From assembly GCA_044345405.1 (NCBI GenBank), contig JBIJBE010000015.1:1-64000 (forward strand): 64,000 nt of DNA, read 5' to 3'. Each line of letters opens with the position of its first letter. Position 1 is the first letter of the stretch. The notes beneath the pieces are model-generated. The model did not search any database and was not told the DNA's origin. It was given only the letters and a program-made list of their open reading frames with translations. The position numbers were made by a program, and so were the translations under genes. Of the stretch, positions 10,237-19,150 are shown one piece after another. The stretch is from Bdellovibrionota bacterium (lineage in GTDB: Bacteria > Bdellovibrionota_C > UBA2361 > OMII01).

Positions 10237-11223
10237 TTATCGCACGGGAAGCCAACTCAAGCCCGGATTAATCGACGTCATCTTTCTACCAAGCGATTCC
10301 GTGTTCGGTCCTAAATTCTTCTGATAGATCATTCCATCGGGACCAGCGACGAAGGTCATCACTCCGCTCTCCCCGAATTTCGCGGGATACGCGAGTACGG
10401 CAAACCCTTTAGTCATTCGACCTTTCTCATCGAGGTAACTCATCGCGCCACCCCGAGCCTCTGGGCCCTGTTTTGTGAGCACCGCGAAGTGATACCCGTA
10501 GTAGGTTCGTCGAGTCTTTAATTTCTCAAGGGTGTATCCCTCAGACGAGGCTGCGGCGATAGCGGCACCGAGAGGACTCAACGGCTTTCCATCTACCTTC
10601 TCCCAGTACAACCCGTCTTGCTTCTCGGGTGAGCTGAAGAGTCGTTGAGCATACTGAAGGGAAGATCCCCCTTTTACTTGGTTCTCATAGAAGCTCCGTT
10701 GAGCACCGATGATAGTATTCAAAGCTTCTATCGCCCTAATCTCGTTTCGCCCTATTCGACGATTAATGAGCTCCTCTTTGCCCACCGCCGTATCGAAACG
10801 CCATCCATTCGCTCGTTTGTGAAGCGCGATTGGAAATGGGTAGCCATGCTGTCCAACATACAGGAACGCGAGTCGCTGGTTCTTAAGGGCAGGATTTTGG
10901 TTTACTCGTTCGACGACCTCAGTCTTCTCGTTCATCTGTCCAGCGAAGGCGTTGAACGATTGCGTGTCAGCGACACTATCTCCCGACGAGAGGAGGTCTC
11001 CGCTCTGAGGACCGAAGATGCGAGCGAGTTCCGCTGTGTCATGCGCTTCGAGCGCGTTCTTGAGCGTTGTTACCGCTTGTTTAGGATTCGTGAAGGTATA
11101 CTGCCCACTTTCGAAGGTAGGTTTCGTCACGTGGCCCTTGGGAGCGCAGGCGGACACCGTGATGGAGAGAAGTGCCGCTGTAAGAAGGTCTCGAAGCTTC
11201 GTGTGCATACGTTGTTCCGTCAT
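10237..11223 (-). CDS. DUF2950 family lipoprotein
   Basis: Lipobox VSAC; YPFPI, WRFDTAVGKEELINRRIGRNE, DGLYW, YYGYHF, AYPAKFGESGVMTF. Confidence 0.85.
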   Translation of the reverse strand: MTEQRMHTKLRDLLTAALLSITVSACAPKGHVTKPTFESGQYTFTNPKQAVTTLKNALEAHDTAELARIFGPQSGDLLSSGDSVADTQSFNAFAGQMNEKTEVVERVNQNPALKNQRLAFLYVGQHGYPFPIALHKRANGWRFDTAVGKEELINRRIGRNEIRAIEALNTIIGAQRSFYENQVKGGSSLQYAQRLFSSPEKQDGLYWEKVDGKPLSPLGAAIAAASSEGYTLEKLKTRRTYYGYHFAVLTKQGPEARGGAMSYLDEKGRMTKGFAVLAYPAKFGESGVMTFVAGPDGMIYQKNLGPNTESLGRKMTSINPGLSWLPVR

Positions 11224-11246
11224 CTTGTTCTCTTGGATACTCGTTA

Positions 11247-12500
11247 TTACCGGCGCCCCCCGCCTCCGCGGAAGCCACCGAAGCCACCACCGAAATCGCC
11301 ACCTCCTCCGAAGGAGCTTCGACTCCATGCGCCACGGTCCGCGTAGTCGGAGCTCCAATCGTCGTGACGGGCATCCGAGAAGAGATTGTCCGATTGAGGC
11401 CGAGAATCAAAGAGGTCACTATCTCGACTTGTAGTGACATCTCCATCACGGTCGGTAACAGAGTCATTGAAGGTGTTCCCATAACGATTAACGCCCGAGA
11501 CATCAGCGTAACCGCCACTCGTAGTGCCGTTCGTTCCCGCAGCGCCATGCACGTTATAGACGCCGTTGTCGGTCGTCACCGTTCGCGAGAATGTGCCAGC
11601 GCTGGTATCACCATTTGAATACGTCGTTCCCCGTCCACTTGCGGTTCCGTCCCATCCTGTGGCAGTGCCCTGGTAGCGTGTAACATCACCGCCATTCGCC
11701 AAGGTCCTTGAGTTGCTCTGTCCAGCGTAGGAGGTTCCGTTCCAGGTTTGTCCTACAACCGCGTGGTAGGTGCCGTTTGAATACGCGTCTCGCCAACCGT
11801 AGCCTTGGGGATAATTCGCGATGGTGCCACCTACCCAGTCGACGGACGTGCCAGCGAGGGCGTCACCGATCACCCATCCGGTTCCATATCCGATCGGAGA
11901 ACCGACCCCCGATGGAGTGGGCACATAATATACCGCTTGAGGATCGTATGTGGGGATGTAGAGCATGTTCGGATCGCTCGGATAAATCTGAATAGCTCCG
12001 TTCGATGAGACGACCTGCTGTTGGGTAGTCGTCTTGAGATTTCCCACGTTCATCGCCTGTTGACGCATCACCTGAATAGCTTTGAGCACCGGACCTTGTT
12101 GGGCGAGGTACGCCTGGCCGAGTTGCGTAGTCCAATTGATCTGCTTGGCCATCATCTCAAGCACCGGAGGGTAGTGACTGACCGCGAGAACACTTGCGTC
12201 CCAGGGCTCACTCTCAAGTGATTGCCCCGGATGCATCATCACCTCAACCGCCGCCTCCGCTACCTGATCCGGGTATGTGGAAGCCTGAAGTATTTGCGCG
12301 ACGAGAGGATCAGGATAAAGCGCGATAGGCGCGACAAGTGATTGCAACTGAGCCGAACTCTGTCCCTGAGAGACATCCACGGAATCAAAACCGTCCTGAG
12401 CGAAGGCCGTGATAGGCGACGTTCCTCCCAAGAGAGATAGAGCTATCGCGCTATACATCGAACCAACAAGTAGGTAGCTCTTACCTTGTATCCGTATCAT
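11247..12500 (-). CDS. DUF3300 domain protein with Gly/Arg-rich tail
   Basis: LVAPIALYPDPLVAQILQASTYP, WDASV, WTTQLGQAY, YIPTYDP; ends GGFRGGGGRR. Confidence 0.85.
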   Translation of the reverse strand: MIRIQGKSYLLVGSMYSAIALSLLGGTSPITAFAQDGFDSVDVSQGQSSAQLQSLVAPIALYPDPLVAQILQASTYPDQVAEAAVEVMMHPGQSLESEPWDASVLAVSHYPPVLEMMAKQINWTTQLGQAYLAQQGPVLKAIQVMRQQAMNVGNLKTTTQQQVVSSNGAIQIYPSDPNMLYIPTYDPQAVYYVPTPSGVGSPIGYGTGWVIGDALAGTSVDWVGGTIANYPQGYGWRDAYSNGTYHAVVGQTWNGTSYAGQSNSRTLANGGDVTRYQGTATGWDGTASGRGTTYSNGDTSAGTFSRTVTTDNGVYNVHGAAGTNGTTSGGYADVSGVNRYGNTFNDSVTDRDGDVTTSRDSDLFDSRPQSDNLFSDARHDDWSSDYADRGAWSRSSFGGGGDFGGGFGGFRGGGGRR

Positions 12501-12527
12501 CGTCCCTCCGTTCAGAAAAACCGAACG

Positions 12528-13343
12528 CTAAAATCCAATACCAACACCAACCATTGGCCCATGCATCACCGTATCGTAGGTGAACCCATCTCTATCGTGG
12601 TTATAGCCAAGCCCTCTGTATCCAACAAGCACGCGGGTCGCTTCAGTCGCGTCGTATCCAAGCGCGGCGAACGCTTGCCACGTTAACTGGGAATTGGCGT
12701 CAAACCCTCCAATGTCGCCCTCGGTGCGGATCGCCCATCTGTTAACGATCTCCACAGCGCTCCTGATTCCGATGATTGGGTCAACCCACGTGCGGTCTAA
12801 CCCAACGCTATCGGAGATCTCGCCTTGCGGGGCAAAAGGATCGCGCGCGGTGACCGAGAGAGTTTGATCCATAGAAACCAGTCTGAAGCCGGCCAATACA
12901 TCGATCCATGTATTCCTGTTTTGATAGGCTCGATACGCGCCCGCCTGACTCCATATATATTGATTCACGTGCAGCTTTACTGACTCAATCAGACCCGCGT
13001 CATAAAATTTTCGATCCGCGAGATCCGCGTAGATAAAATCCGTCACCACTCCCCATCGCCCGTAGCGAGCCTCCGCCGTAAGCATCGCTCCTCCATCTAC
13101 GTGGTCGATAACCTCGCCAATAGATGCGTTTACATGGCTCTTAATTCCATCAACTCCGATATCGCCATTCAGCGCGGTTGCCCACACGTAGGGAGCAACT
13201 CGAAAGCTCCATCGGTCTTCATCATTTTGAGCCGAGTCGGTAGTAACCGTGTCCACCCGATCATCTGATTGAGCTTGGAGAGGAGCCGACACGATCACGG
13301 CGGCAAAGATAGCGACACCAGCCCTCGTAATCCGCATTCTCAT
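12528..13343 (-). CDS. Outer-membrane beta-barrel protein
   Basis: Signal peptide, WSFRVAPYVW, WVDPIIG, DIGGF, alternating pattern, C-terminal Phe (GVGIGF). Confidence 0.75.
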   Translation of the reverse strand: MRMRITRAGVAIFAAVIVSAPLQAQSDDRVDTVTTDSAQNDEDRWSFRVAPYVWATALNGDIGVDGIKSHVNASIGEVIDHVDGGAMLTAEARYGRWGVVTDFIYADLADRKFYDAGLIESVKLHVNQYIWSQAGAYRAYQNRNTWIDVLAGFRLVSMDQTLSVTARDPFAPQGEISDSVGLDRTWVDPIIGIRSAVEIVNRWAIRTEGDIGGFDANSQLTWQAFAALGYDATEATRVLVGYRGLGYNHDRDGFTYDTVMHGPMVGVGIGF

Positions 13344-13646
13344 AGTTCCTCTCAAAGAGTTAGACCGCTGAGACGATACGGAGGAGAACGGCAGCTGTCT
13401 ACCAGGAATCGCATCCATCCGTCCGGTCATTTATTCGAGAGGGCAACCGATGTTCCCTTGATGGGTAACCTCGTTATCGCTGAGCACTTGTACTCAGCTA
13501 CCTTCCGTTACCGCCCCGCCTCCCCTCCGCTCTATGAGAGAACCGAGGCGGGAAAATTATGTGCTACGTGTTTTCCCGACTTCAGGGGGTTAGTCATTTG
13601 CTCCCGTACTTGATACCTCAAAATGAAAGGTCATATCATTTTGTTC

Positions 13647-13674
13647 TCAAGAAACCAGAGAGAAAAGCCGACTC
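13647..13674 (+). promoter_or_regulatory. sigma28 (FliA)-like promoter upstream of pilin-like gene 1
   Basis: TCAAG-N15-GCCGACTC; same spacing as the motifs at flagellin and cheY. Confidence 0.55.
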
Positions 13675-13830
13675 GACTAATAGAGGGAGTGTAATTTCGG
13701 GTAGTGACGGCTATCTTATTGTTCCTCCAAAAGGCTTCCGATCCGTGAGGTCTGGTCCGTGAACTAAACGGGGGTAACGCTTTACAAACATACCTCCGGG
13801 TCAATCGCCTGGGGAGAACTTTTAGCGACT

Positions 13831-14499
13831 ATGCGAACACCGGTAGGTCTCATCAGATATCTTCTCTGCGACACGCTAGCTCTCAAGCGAGAGCACCTGA
13901 CACCTCTCGATACAGGAACCTCCGAGCACATCTATCGATCGAAACAACGAGGCGCAAGTCTGATGGAGACTTCTATAGCGATGGGGCTCGTGGGTATCGC
14001 CGTATTCGCTTCGGTCTCCTCATTCGGCGGTGATATCAAAGGAAGAATCTCCCGCGAGATAATCCCAGCTCTCGGGGGAGGAATCCTCTCAGACCCCAAA
14101 CCTATTCAGCCCGCCTCGAATAATTCTGCCTCTAATCCAGAACTGCAGATAGGGTACACCCAAGACGGGAGCTTGGGTGGCGGTGAAGGAGTCGGTGGGG
14201 GACCCGGCGAGCAGTTCGAATGGTGGGGCGGGCCAGTTGGAGGCGAGCCTGGAGACTTCGGACCCGGTGGCGGGGAAGGTGTGCCTCCTGACAACAACCC
14301 GGGTTCTGTGGCGGGAACTGATGCAAGTCCCCCAACCTCATCGGATGAAACGGGCGGAAACAGTAGCTCCGACTCAAGTTCGTGGAGCTATGATAACTCT
14401 TTTATCGCCGGGACAGATGCTTCACCGCCGGTTAACGACGGGTCGGGCGGCTCCCAATCAAGCTCCGAACTCGCCGATCCATCGAATACGCTCTGGTAG
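13831..14499 (+). CDS. Flp/type IVb prepilin-like protein with long Gly/Ser/Asp/Pro-rich C-terminal extension
   Basis: KQRG|ASLMETSIAMGLVGIAVFASVSSFG class III signal; tail has duplicated GGGEGV and AGTDASPP. Confidence 0.7.
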   Translation: MRTPVGLIRYLLCDTLALKREHLTPLDTGTSEHIYRSKQRGASLMETSIAMGLVGIAVFASVSSFGGDIKGRISREIIPALGGGILSDPKPIQPASNNSASNPELQIGYTQDGSLGGGEGVGGGPGEQFEWWGGPVGGEPGDFGPGGGEGVPPDNNPGSVAGTDASPPTSSDETGGNSSSDSSSWSYDNSFIAGTDASPPVNDGSGGSQSSSELADPSNTLW

Positions 14500-15078
14500 T
14501 TCTGATGAATCTTGAGTCTCCGAGCAGTGATGCTCGTGGTGCATGGTCAGACGTCACACAACGCCGCTTTTATAGACTACTTTGACTCCGAAAACTTCAT
14601 GGTGTGGAGTGCGGCATTCACCGGCGGTAGATCTGGCCCTACGACGAGACCTTGAACATAGATAGCTCATCGAGCACTCAAGACGGATTCCGAATCCTCT
14701 CAGTAATTTGGGCTCAGGAGGTGTCCATAGAGCACTACGACTGACATATATAGGGGTCCCCCACGGCTCGTAGTTTGGTGGAGTCTGTGGGTTGGAGAAA
14801 CGCGCCTACATCGATGTGTAGTGGGCAAAGTTCCTGTGCCTAGCGGCTACAAACATGAAGTGACGCTGGTAATGCCGTACCTAAAAAGAGGGTACAATGA
14901 CGAATCTACTTCACGGTTAGAGACGAAAAGACCCTTAAAGGGGTCTCAAAGCGAGGTTGCTGTACTACTGCGGGGTACTCGTAGTGTTTTTGAAAGAGCG
15001 TTCAGCCCTGGAATTCACCTTCGCTAGCGCCCTCCATTCTGATAGGATGTATTAGGGATCCGTACATGGCTCAAACTA

Positions 15079-15106
15079 TAAAGAGTTTGTCGCGAACTGC
15101 CGAAGG
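15079..15106 (+). promoter_or_regulatory. sigma28-like promoter upstream of pilin-like gene 2
   Basis: TAAAG-N15-GCCGAAGG. Confidence 0.55.
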
Positions 15107-15288
15107 CGTATGTAGGGGTGATTGTGAGCTCCTTTACCGCAAGGCTAGCAGCTGGATTGACCACAACACCGCGCGTTTGAGCGATGCAAGTGGCTCGACG
15201 TTTTAGAGGTTTTCTGATTATGGTTCGTCCGCTCATTCAATCAGGCATGCCCCCCAAGAAAGAGAGAACCGAAAGGCGGAAACACTTC

Positions 15289-15972
15289 ATGACGAAATCT
15301 TTTCACGGCCCGAGAGCCCTCGAGTCACGGCAACGAGGGGCAAGCGTACTCGACTATTGCATAATCATTGGATTGTTAGGGGTAGCGACAATTGCCACCG
15401 TATCCACTGTTGGAAAGGACTTTACGTCAACAATCAATCAAAAGATTATTCCCTCTATTGGTGGCTCCGGCCCTAACCCCCGCGTTGGTGAAGATCCTCC
15501 ACCGGATCCTGCCGTAAACTTCTCATCATTGCCAAGCGATTCCTCGGAATCGAGCTCGACCTCCGACTCAAGCTCGACCTCCGACTCAAGCTGGAGCTCT
15601 GACTCAAGCTCAACCTCCGACTCAAGCTGGAGCTCCGACTCAAGCTGGAGCTCTGACTCAAGCTGGAGCTCTGACTCAAGCTCAAGCTGGAGCTCCGACT
15701 CAAGCTCAAGCTGGAGCTCCGACTCAAGCTCAAGCTGGAGCTCTGACTCAAGCTCAAGCTGGAGCTCCGACTCAAGCTCAAGCTGGAGCTCCGACTCAAG
15801 CTGGAGCTCCGACTCAAGCTGGAGCTCCGACTCAAGCTCAAGCTGGAGCTCCGACTCAAGCTGGAGCTCCGACTACAGCTCAAGCTGGAGCTCCGACTAC
15901 AGCTCAACTTCAGATTCCATGGCCAGCTCTGATTCATATTCGAGTTACGACTCGAGCTCGACCTATGAATAA
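15289..15972 (+). CDS. Flp/type IVb prepilin-like protein with Ser-Trp-Asp repeat tail
   Basis: RQRG|ASVLDYCIIIGLLGVATIATVSTVG; KIIPSIGG parallels EIIPALGG of gene 1; ATG 15289 in frame with ORF 15184..15972. Confidence 0.75.
   Translation: MTKSFHGPRALESRQRGASVLDYCIIIGLLGVATIATVSTVGKDFTSTINQKIIPSIGGSGPNPRVGEDPPPDPAVNFSSLPSDSSESSSTSDSSSTSDSSWSSDSSSTSDSSWSSDSSWSSDSSWSSDSSSSWSSDSSSSWSSDSSSSWSSDSSSSWSSDSSSSWSSDSSWSSDSSWSSDSSSSWSSDSSWSSDYSSSWSSDYSSTSDSMASSDSYSSYDSSSTYE
15550..15915 (+). repeat. Coding tandem repeat of 18-bp and 24-bp units (SSWSSD / SSSSWSSD / SSSTSD)
   Basis: tcaagctggagctcygac and tcaagctcaagctggagctcygac units; 14 WSSD copies counted in the translation. Confidence 0.95.
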
Positions 15973-16233
15973 AGTCGAATTCAGACGCCAGTACGATTTC
16001 AGATATGAGTTCAAGCTTTGAATCAACCGCTCCCTCCGAACTCAACTCGTGATCGGCACCACCCCTATTACCCCTATCGTAACCCGATAATCATTGTTCC
16101 CGGCTAACGGTTGAAAAAGAACAGGCAGGTTGTACGGCTTTCAGCGCGGCGATGAGTAAGAAATGCTCACTCACGCCCTCTACTCAGGCGAAATCGATGC
16201 CGGTCCCAATCCTGAGACAATTACGAGTGCTTA

Positions 16234-16476
16234 TTATCCAGCGTTAGGTTGGTCACAGCGAAGCTGGTTAGCGTTTGGCTCACCGAGGATTATGGCAGCT
16301 TTCACGAACAAGCCTGGGTGACACGGGTCAGATGAGTCAGCGAGCCCTCCGCCGATCGTTCGCATGGCACTGATACCGATCGTGGCAACGATGCCGAGGA
16401 GGAGGGTATATTCCACAATAGACGCACCACGTTGACGAGAGTTTTGAGTCTGTTCTTTCGTAGGAGTTGCTCGCAT
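16234..16476 (-). CDS. Flp/type IVb pilin, short canonical form with a Cys pair
   Basis: RQRG|ASIVEYTLLLGIVATIGISAM, canonical E5-Y6 Flp motif; 80 aa. Confidence 0.8.
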   Translation of the reverse strand: MRATPTKEQTQNSRQRGASIVEYTLLLGIVATIGISAMRTIGGGLADSSDPCHPGLFVKAAIILGEPNANQLRCDQPNAG

Positions 16477-16516
16477 GGAGATACCTCAACCTTCAAGTAA
16501 CCTGTGTTCTGCCCAC

Positions 16517-16545
16517 CTATCGGGGTGAGAGCGGTACGTGCTTCA
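16517..16545 (-). promoter_or_regulatory. Weaker sigma28-like promoter upstream of the short pilin
   Basis: TGAAG-N16-CCCGATAG on the minus strand (spacer 1 nt longer than the other sites). Confidence 0.35.
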
Positions 16546-16801
16546 GAAAAAGTTGATTGAATTCCAGGGATAAGGGGTCTTCGTAGTAGCCCGGTGACGG
16601 TACTTGGACTGATACGGGGAGTTTGCGGTCCAGATCGATATTTCCGACCCAGCCCATCGCCTCATGTCAGGCACTTAGCCCCTTCCTTTCCTTAAGACTC
16701 GCAGCCTTTCCCCACTACCCCGCATCTCAAAATAAACCGTGTGCAGTGGCACGGGTGCGCTGTCGTTCGACCTCCCCTAACTCACGAGACGACCTCTTCT
16801 C

Positions 16802-17809
16802 ATGATATCGCTCTGCGCCATAGCCAAGAACGAAGCTCACTGTATCGGCGCCATGCTTGAGAGCGTTCGACCCCTCGTGAGCGAGATGATCGTGGTAGAC
16901 ACCGGCTCGAGTGACGACACTCGCGCAGTCGCCTACGCGCACGGGGCCACGGTGCATCAGCACACCTGGCAAAATGACTTCGCGGAGGCTCGAAACCTCT
17001 CGCTTAGTCTCGCCCACCATCCGTGGATACTTGTTCTTGATTGTGATGAGGAGCTAGTCGCTGACTCAATTCCCAAAATCCAGCAACTGCTCCAGGGACC
17101 TCAACAAGCGTATTTCATCGACCGCCACCACTTTTTCGCGACCCCCAACGCCGCCACCTTCTCCGCTCTTTTGCCTGATCACCCCGCCGCTCTTCGAGGA
17201 GCTCAAGCGTACTTCGCGACGCACGACATCCGGTTCTTTCCCAATTCACCGATGATTCGATTCTCGGGTGAGGTTCACGAGTCACCTCAGGATTCCGTTC
17301 GCCAAGCTGGCTTCGCGATAAGCCGCTCGGAGTGCGTGATCTATCACTTCGGCCACCTCATCGCTGGCGCTCGAGCACAAGAAAAAGCTGACCTCTACCT
17401 TACCCTGGCGCAACAGAAAGTGACGAACGCGCCGCAAGATTGGAGAACGTGGTACCACCTTGGGGTAGAGCTGCAGAACCATAACCGCCACGTCGACGCG
17501 ATGCATGCTTTCAGCAGAGGCATAACTTTGTGTCAGGATTTCGCGCCTTTGTGGAGACAGATCGGGGTGTCTCTTTGCGCTCATGGTGAATACACCACCG
17601 CTTTTGAGGCGTTCACGGAGGCCCTTTCAAAGGATCACGCGTGTCCCCTTACCTGGAACGCACTAGGGGTCGCGTTCATGAAGGTTGAGAGCCTCGACGC
17701 GGCGAAGCTCTGCTTTGAGACGATCCTCGCCGGAGACGCTCGGAATCCAGCTGCTATAACGAACCTGCAGATCGTTCAGCAACTACGAGAGATGCAGGGC
17801 CGCGGATAA
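16802..17809 (+). CDS. Glycosyltransferase family 2 with C-terminal TPR repeats
   Basis: ISLCAIAKNE, VVDTGSSD, WQNDFAEARN, LDCDE, VHE, HFGH, then TPR-like helices (WYHLG, WRQIG, WNALG). Confidence 0.9.
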   Translation: MISLCAIAKNEAHCIGAMLESVRPLVSEMIVVDTGSSDDTRAVAYAHGATVHQHTWQNDFAEARNLSLSLAHHPWILVLDCDEELVADSIPKIQQLLQGPQQAYFIDRHHFFATPNAATFSALLPDHPAALRGAQAYFATHDIRFFPNSPMIRFSGEVHESPQDSVRQAGFAISRSECVIYHFGHLIAGARAQEKADLYLTLAQQKVTNAPQDWRTWYHLGVELQNHNRHVDAMHAFSRGITLCQDFAPLWRQIGVSLCAHGEYTTAFEAFTEALSKDHACPLTWNALGVAFMKVESLDAAKLCFETILAGDARNPAAITNLQIVQQLREMQGRG

Positions 17810-17825
17810 TCCCGTAGGCGTTCCG

Positions 17826-18686
17826 CTAAGAGATTGAGGAAGCGGTCGCACTCAAAGACGGGGTCGCCATTACCGCGACCTTTCTGCGATCGAGCGCCCG
17901 CCACGTTACGGCCGAGAGTACGATAATTCCACCGAGCACCGCCCACGGTGAAGGCACCTCCCCCATACCGAGATACACCCATACGGGGTTAAGGAGCGGT
18001 TCAACGACAGGAATAAGAACAGCCTCAAGCGCGGTAACATGCACGATAGCCCTCGTATAGAAGAAGTACGATAAGCCCAACTGAAAGAAACCAAGCAAGA
18101 TGATACCAACGACCGAGGGAACATTCCATGTGCTCTCCACAAGCCAGGGAAGCCCCACGAGGAAGGCTACACAATTACCCACTATGACCGCGTCCACAGG
18201 ATGCTGATCTCGAATCTGTCGCAGCGCCACCACAAACGAAGCGAAACAGATACCAGAGAGCACCGCCAACATGTTTCCAAGATTGCTCCCGACACTGATT
18301 CCATCGGCGAAGAATATCCCCATTCCAACCAGAACGAGCACGATTGCAATCCAGTCCCGTATCACGATCCGCTCATGAAGGAACCGAGCGCTGAGCAGGG
18401 CTACATACACGGGAGCCGCGTACTGCAACACAATAGCGTTCGCGGCGGTCGTGAGCTTTGTCGCGACGACAAATGTTGTCACCGTCATCGCGTACAGTGC
18501 TCCGCAGCGGATCACCGCGAATGATGGACATAGTGGAACTCGCCGTGTCAGCGCCATCAAGGCACACACTGCTATGAGGCTCCGGCCCGACGACACCGCC
18601 ATACCCGAGACATCAACGAGTTTAATGAGAAATCCGCCTGTGCTCCACAAAAGGGCCGCACCGAGGAGAAGAAGCATGCCCCGCAT
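17826..18686 (-). CDS. DMT/EamA family transporter
   Basis: LLWSTGG, TTAANAIVLQYAAP, EPLLNPVW..GE; about 10 TM segments. Confidence 0.9.
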   Translation of the reverse strand: MRGMLLLLGAALLWSTGGFLIKLVDVSGMAVSSGRSLIAVCALMALTRRVPLCPSFAVIRCGALYAMTVTTFVVATKLTTAANAIVLQYAAPVYVALLSARFLHERIVIRDWIAIVLVLVGMGIFFADGISVGSNLGNMLAVLSGICFASFVVALRQIRDQHPVDAVIVGNCVAFLVGLPWLVESTWNVPSVVGIILLGFFQLGLSYFFYTRAIVHVTALEAVLIPVVEPLLNPVWVYLGMGEVPSPWAVLGGIIVLSAVTWRALDRRKVAVMATPSLSATASSIS

Positions 18687-18764
18687 AGGCGGGGGAGATT
18701 ACTGTGAAAGAACTGAGAACACCATGCCTGAGGAGTCGCATTCGGCCCTCACTTCATTAGTTTT

Positions 18765-19046
18765 CTATCCTCGATGCACAAACTTACAAAATCGGCTCTC
18801 CTGCCCTGACGTGGTGCTTTCCTGATAGAGAAACGCGAGGTTCCTACTATCAAAAATCTCGAAAAATTCATCCCAACCGATCTCCTCAAGCCCCTCGTCC
18901 GGCTGCTCCTCAGGGAAATCAACTCTCAAAAGTCCACTCCCCTCTGCGCGATGCGTCGCTCGAACGACGGAGGGAACTCCCCCACGTTCCTCTATCCAGC
19001 TCTGAATTTCACTGTGTTCCGTTGTTGTAGTCGCTTCGTGTCCCAT
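18765..19046 (-). CDS. Conserved small hypothetical protein
   Basis: TTEHSEIQSWIEERGGVP...LRVDFP...IGWDEFF..FD..NLAFLYQE pattern; GGAG RBS. Confidence 0.75.
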   Translation of the reverse strand: MGHEATTTTEHSEIQSWIEERGGVPSVVRATHRAEGSGLLRVDFPEEQPDEGLEEIGWDEFFEIFDSRNLAFLYQESTTSGQESRFCKFVHRG

Positions 19047-19150
19047 ACAATTCTCCTTGTTTGATTGCTCCGCAAAGGATCGCTAGCACAATGGATGGCA
19101 CCCCGATGTGATGAAAATGTCACCGTAAACGGACACAACCGACTAGCCCC

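Noticed and set aside
14821-14860. GGGCAAA suggesting a c-di-GMP-I riboswitch near the pilins
   Set aside because: Lacks the GNRA-capped P2 and the downstream GACGCAAAGC-type core
15473-16045. Minus-strand SRSSSL ORF, or a CRISPR reading of the 18/24-bp array
   Set aside because: The array is AGCT/GAGCTC-rich so both strands are open; only the plus frame has a prepilin N-terminus and promoter, and there are no spacers
16747-16762. TGGCACG upstream of GT2-TPR as a sigma54 promoter
   Set aside because: GG-to-GC spacing is 9 rather than 10 and there is no TTGC; the same applies to the minus-strand TGGCACG near 46925
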